From Mobula birostris (taxonomy: Eukaryota): DNA of 64,000 nucleotides. Below, piece by piece: positions 61,670-64,000 of this stretch (its first letter is position 1; each line of letters starts with the position of its first letter). Location: assembly GCF_030028105.1 (NCBI RefSeq), contig NC_092386.1:41656347-41720346 (forward strand). Reading direction: 5' to 3'. The notes beneath the pieces are model-generated. The model made no database searches. It worked only from the letters and a program-made list of their open reading frames with translations, and had not been told where the DNA came from. The position numbers and the translations under genes were made by a program.

Positions 61670-63785
61670 ATTCCCAAGACTCAGTTATCGAACATAGATG
61701 CCAGCAAAGTCACGGAAGGACAGCAAATGGAACTTTTCCAGGTTCCTTGACGATGTGGAGCTTATTGTGAATTTGAGTATGGTGAGGTACAAAGAGACAT
61801 CATGGTGCTGCAGACAAGCTTAGTGAGTGGGCAACAACATGGTAAATGGAGCATGATGTAGTAAAATGGGAGGTTATCCTCATCAGCAGAAACATGAAAG
61901 AGTTCCTAAATGGAAAGAGGTTTGGGAATGTTGATATTTAAAAGTACCTGAGGGTCCTTGTATACAAGCTGCAGAAAGCCAATATGCAGTGCAGCAAGAC
62001 GATTGGTCTGTTAACTATCCTATAGGAATTTAGTACTTTCGGGTCTCCTTGCCTGAAGAAGGGTGCACTTGCTTTAGAACAAGTGCAGCAGATATTCACC
62101 AGTCTAATTACTGGAGCTCCAAGTTTATCATATGAGGATGGCTGAGTGACTATTCTCCAGAGTTAAGCTTTATTAAGACAAGTAAAATGCAAGCTTTAGT
62201 GGATTCAACAAATTAGACATAGGGTGAATATTTTCTTTGGTAGAGCAGTCTAGAAGTTTAGAGGTTCACAGTCTAGGTCTCAAAACAAGAAATACATTAT
62301 TTATGCGTGAAATAAGATTTCTGGTAAGATGGCAGCACGTTCGATCGCTTCTGCGGGGTCAACCAGAGATGTTACTGTCTTTTATAAACATATTTTTTAT
62401 GATTGCAAGACCCTGTTGGACATTAAGAACTTAAGGTACCACAGGTCTACCCCGTTGCTTATTGGCAGAGAAACTGAAGGAGCTGGACTTGGTGCAGATC
62501 ATGCTGTTGCCTGCGTCAGAGAGGCGTTGGAGGAGTCAATGTGTTGAGTAGTGTGCAGTCTAACAGCAAGTGATCATCTTAGTCAGTTTTCTTGTGATCA
62601 GAAGACGTTGTTGGACATTGTTAATGTGGGATGCTGCAAGTCCAATTCACTGATATATTGGCAAACATCGGGGGCAGATGGCGGGGGAGCTGCAGAGCCT
62701 CGGTCATGGTGAGGCCAAGGCCTCAAGTCACAGAGTCGCCTGTTAACAGCTTCCCAGGAAAGAGGTGTCAGAGTTGGTGTGGTGTGGCATCCAAGCTGGA
62801 GCCAGTGCTGCCCTCTGTATTCACTAGACAGAAGACAAGCTGTATTGTGCTCCACTGCAGACTGCGGCAATATTCATGGTCTTGGGTCTTGTACTATATA
62901 TTTTACACATGTTTGCTATCTTTTATGTGCTACATGTGCCTTATGCTGCAAGTGACTGTTGCTACTGTGTTTTGCACCTTGGCCCTGGAGTAACACTGCT
63001 TTGTTTGGCAGTATTCATGTATAATGGAATGACGATCAAACTTGAACCACTTATTCAAAGGGTGATCTTCTCAACCCAATAGAATTGCAGTCTTTGATTG
63101 CACTCAAGAGAGATTCTGGTTATGACAGGAATCAAGGGATAGGATGAAAAAGAAGTGTTAAGGTGGAAGATCAGCCATGATTTTTTGAAGAACAGAACAA
63201 GCTTAAAGAGTCAAATGACCTTTTGCTTCTACATCTTGAATGTTTATCTCAAGTGAGCTGTAGTATAAATACTTGAAAATTATGTTAAACTTAGGTAGAT
63301 CTCTGGTGAAACTTCATGCAGGGCATTGTCCTCAAGGAAGGATAGGCTGGCTTTGGATGTGGTCCAGCACAGAATGACAAAAACAACACCCTCGGGCCTC
63401 AGCAGTTTCATATGTGCTCTAATACATGGATCAGAATTTTATTCCCTTGAAATATAAAAAATTATGTAATATCAGTATATAATTGCAGATGATTGGATAG
63501 GTAAGATAGAAAAAAACTATTTCCACCAGTTGGATGTTCAATTGTGAGATTGGGGTTAAGTCTTTTATTATGATGTGTCAGGAATCACTTTTTCATCAAA
63601 GATGAAGGGAAATATGGAACTCTCATAAAAAATGAGACTGATAGATTTTTTAGGCAAAGCTATTAAGGAGTATAGAACTAAAATGTGTTGATGGAGCTAA
63701 GATTTATATCAGCTATGATTTAATTAAATAGCAGAACAGGCTTGAGGGCTTGAATGGCCCACTCGTTTTACTATATTCCTAATAT
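61670..63785 (+). mobile_element. Old degraded CR1 fragments (61670-62320 and 63050-63785)
   Basis: gagtgggcaacaacatggtaaatgga, agtgcagcagatattcaccag, gatcagccatgat and tail ggcttgaatggcccactc. Confidence 0.7.
62321..63049 (+). mobile_element. Non-autonomous bipartite LINE derivative (family A), uninterrupted
   Basis: Starts ctggtaagatggcagc and ends aaacttgaac. Collinear with 3392-7155. Confidence 0.78.
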
Positions 63786-64000
63786 TAACTTGCATTACTC
63801 AATCACTCACTCAGGTAGCATTGGAATTTGTACCATTTCAAACTCAGAGCTGAAGGTTGATAAATTATGGATGAATTTGTTTTATGTCTGTTGAGGATCA
63901 AATTGAGAATGCCAGAAATTGCCTCACTTGCGATCATCAGCAGTCTTCCAGGAGAAATGATCTATAACCCTTCTGGAATTTACATCAAACATCAGAACTG

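Noticed and set aside
1-64000. CRISPR arrays, rRNA, true tRNA genes or prokaryotic operons
   Set aside because: None seen. The tRNA-like segments are SINE heads and the short tandem repeats are LINE tails.

Overview
Repeat-dense, non-coding vertebrate DNA, either a large intron or a gene desert. The repeat repertoire (CR1 LINEs, HE1-like V-SINEs, Rex1/Babar LINEs, Penelope-derived fold-back elements) points to a cartilaginous fish, probably a ray; this is inference. I recognise no host protein-coding gene, and every interpretable ORF is a transposon remnant. The remnants are CR1 (several copies, one nearly intact ORF2), an R4/Dong restriction-like-endonuclease retrotransposon (two copies, both in TAA-rich sites), an internally deleted L1, RTE, Rex1/Babar, a Penelope GIY-YIG remnant, Tc1/mariner and Tigger-like elements, and a hAT element with a perfect 8-bp TSD. 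Most notable observations: (1) the abundant 100-200 bp short elements carry a minimal type-I hammerhead ribozyme motif, intact at 21651-21686 (-), and can be tied to a Penelope remnant within the window; (2) a retro-insertion at 45792-46621 carries direct and inverted copies of DNA from about 2 kb upstream; (3) the Dong element looks insect-like; (4) two MITEs have nested TIRs; (5) repeat-free islands contain a POU-motif cluster and a three-way-junction fold. All family assignments come from motif recognition by eye; no database search was run.
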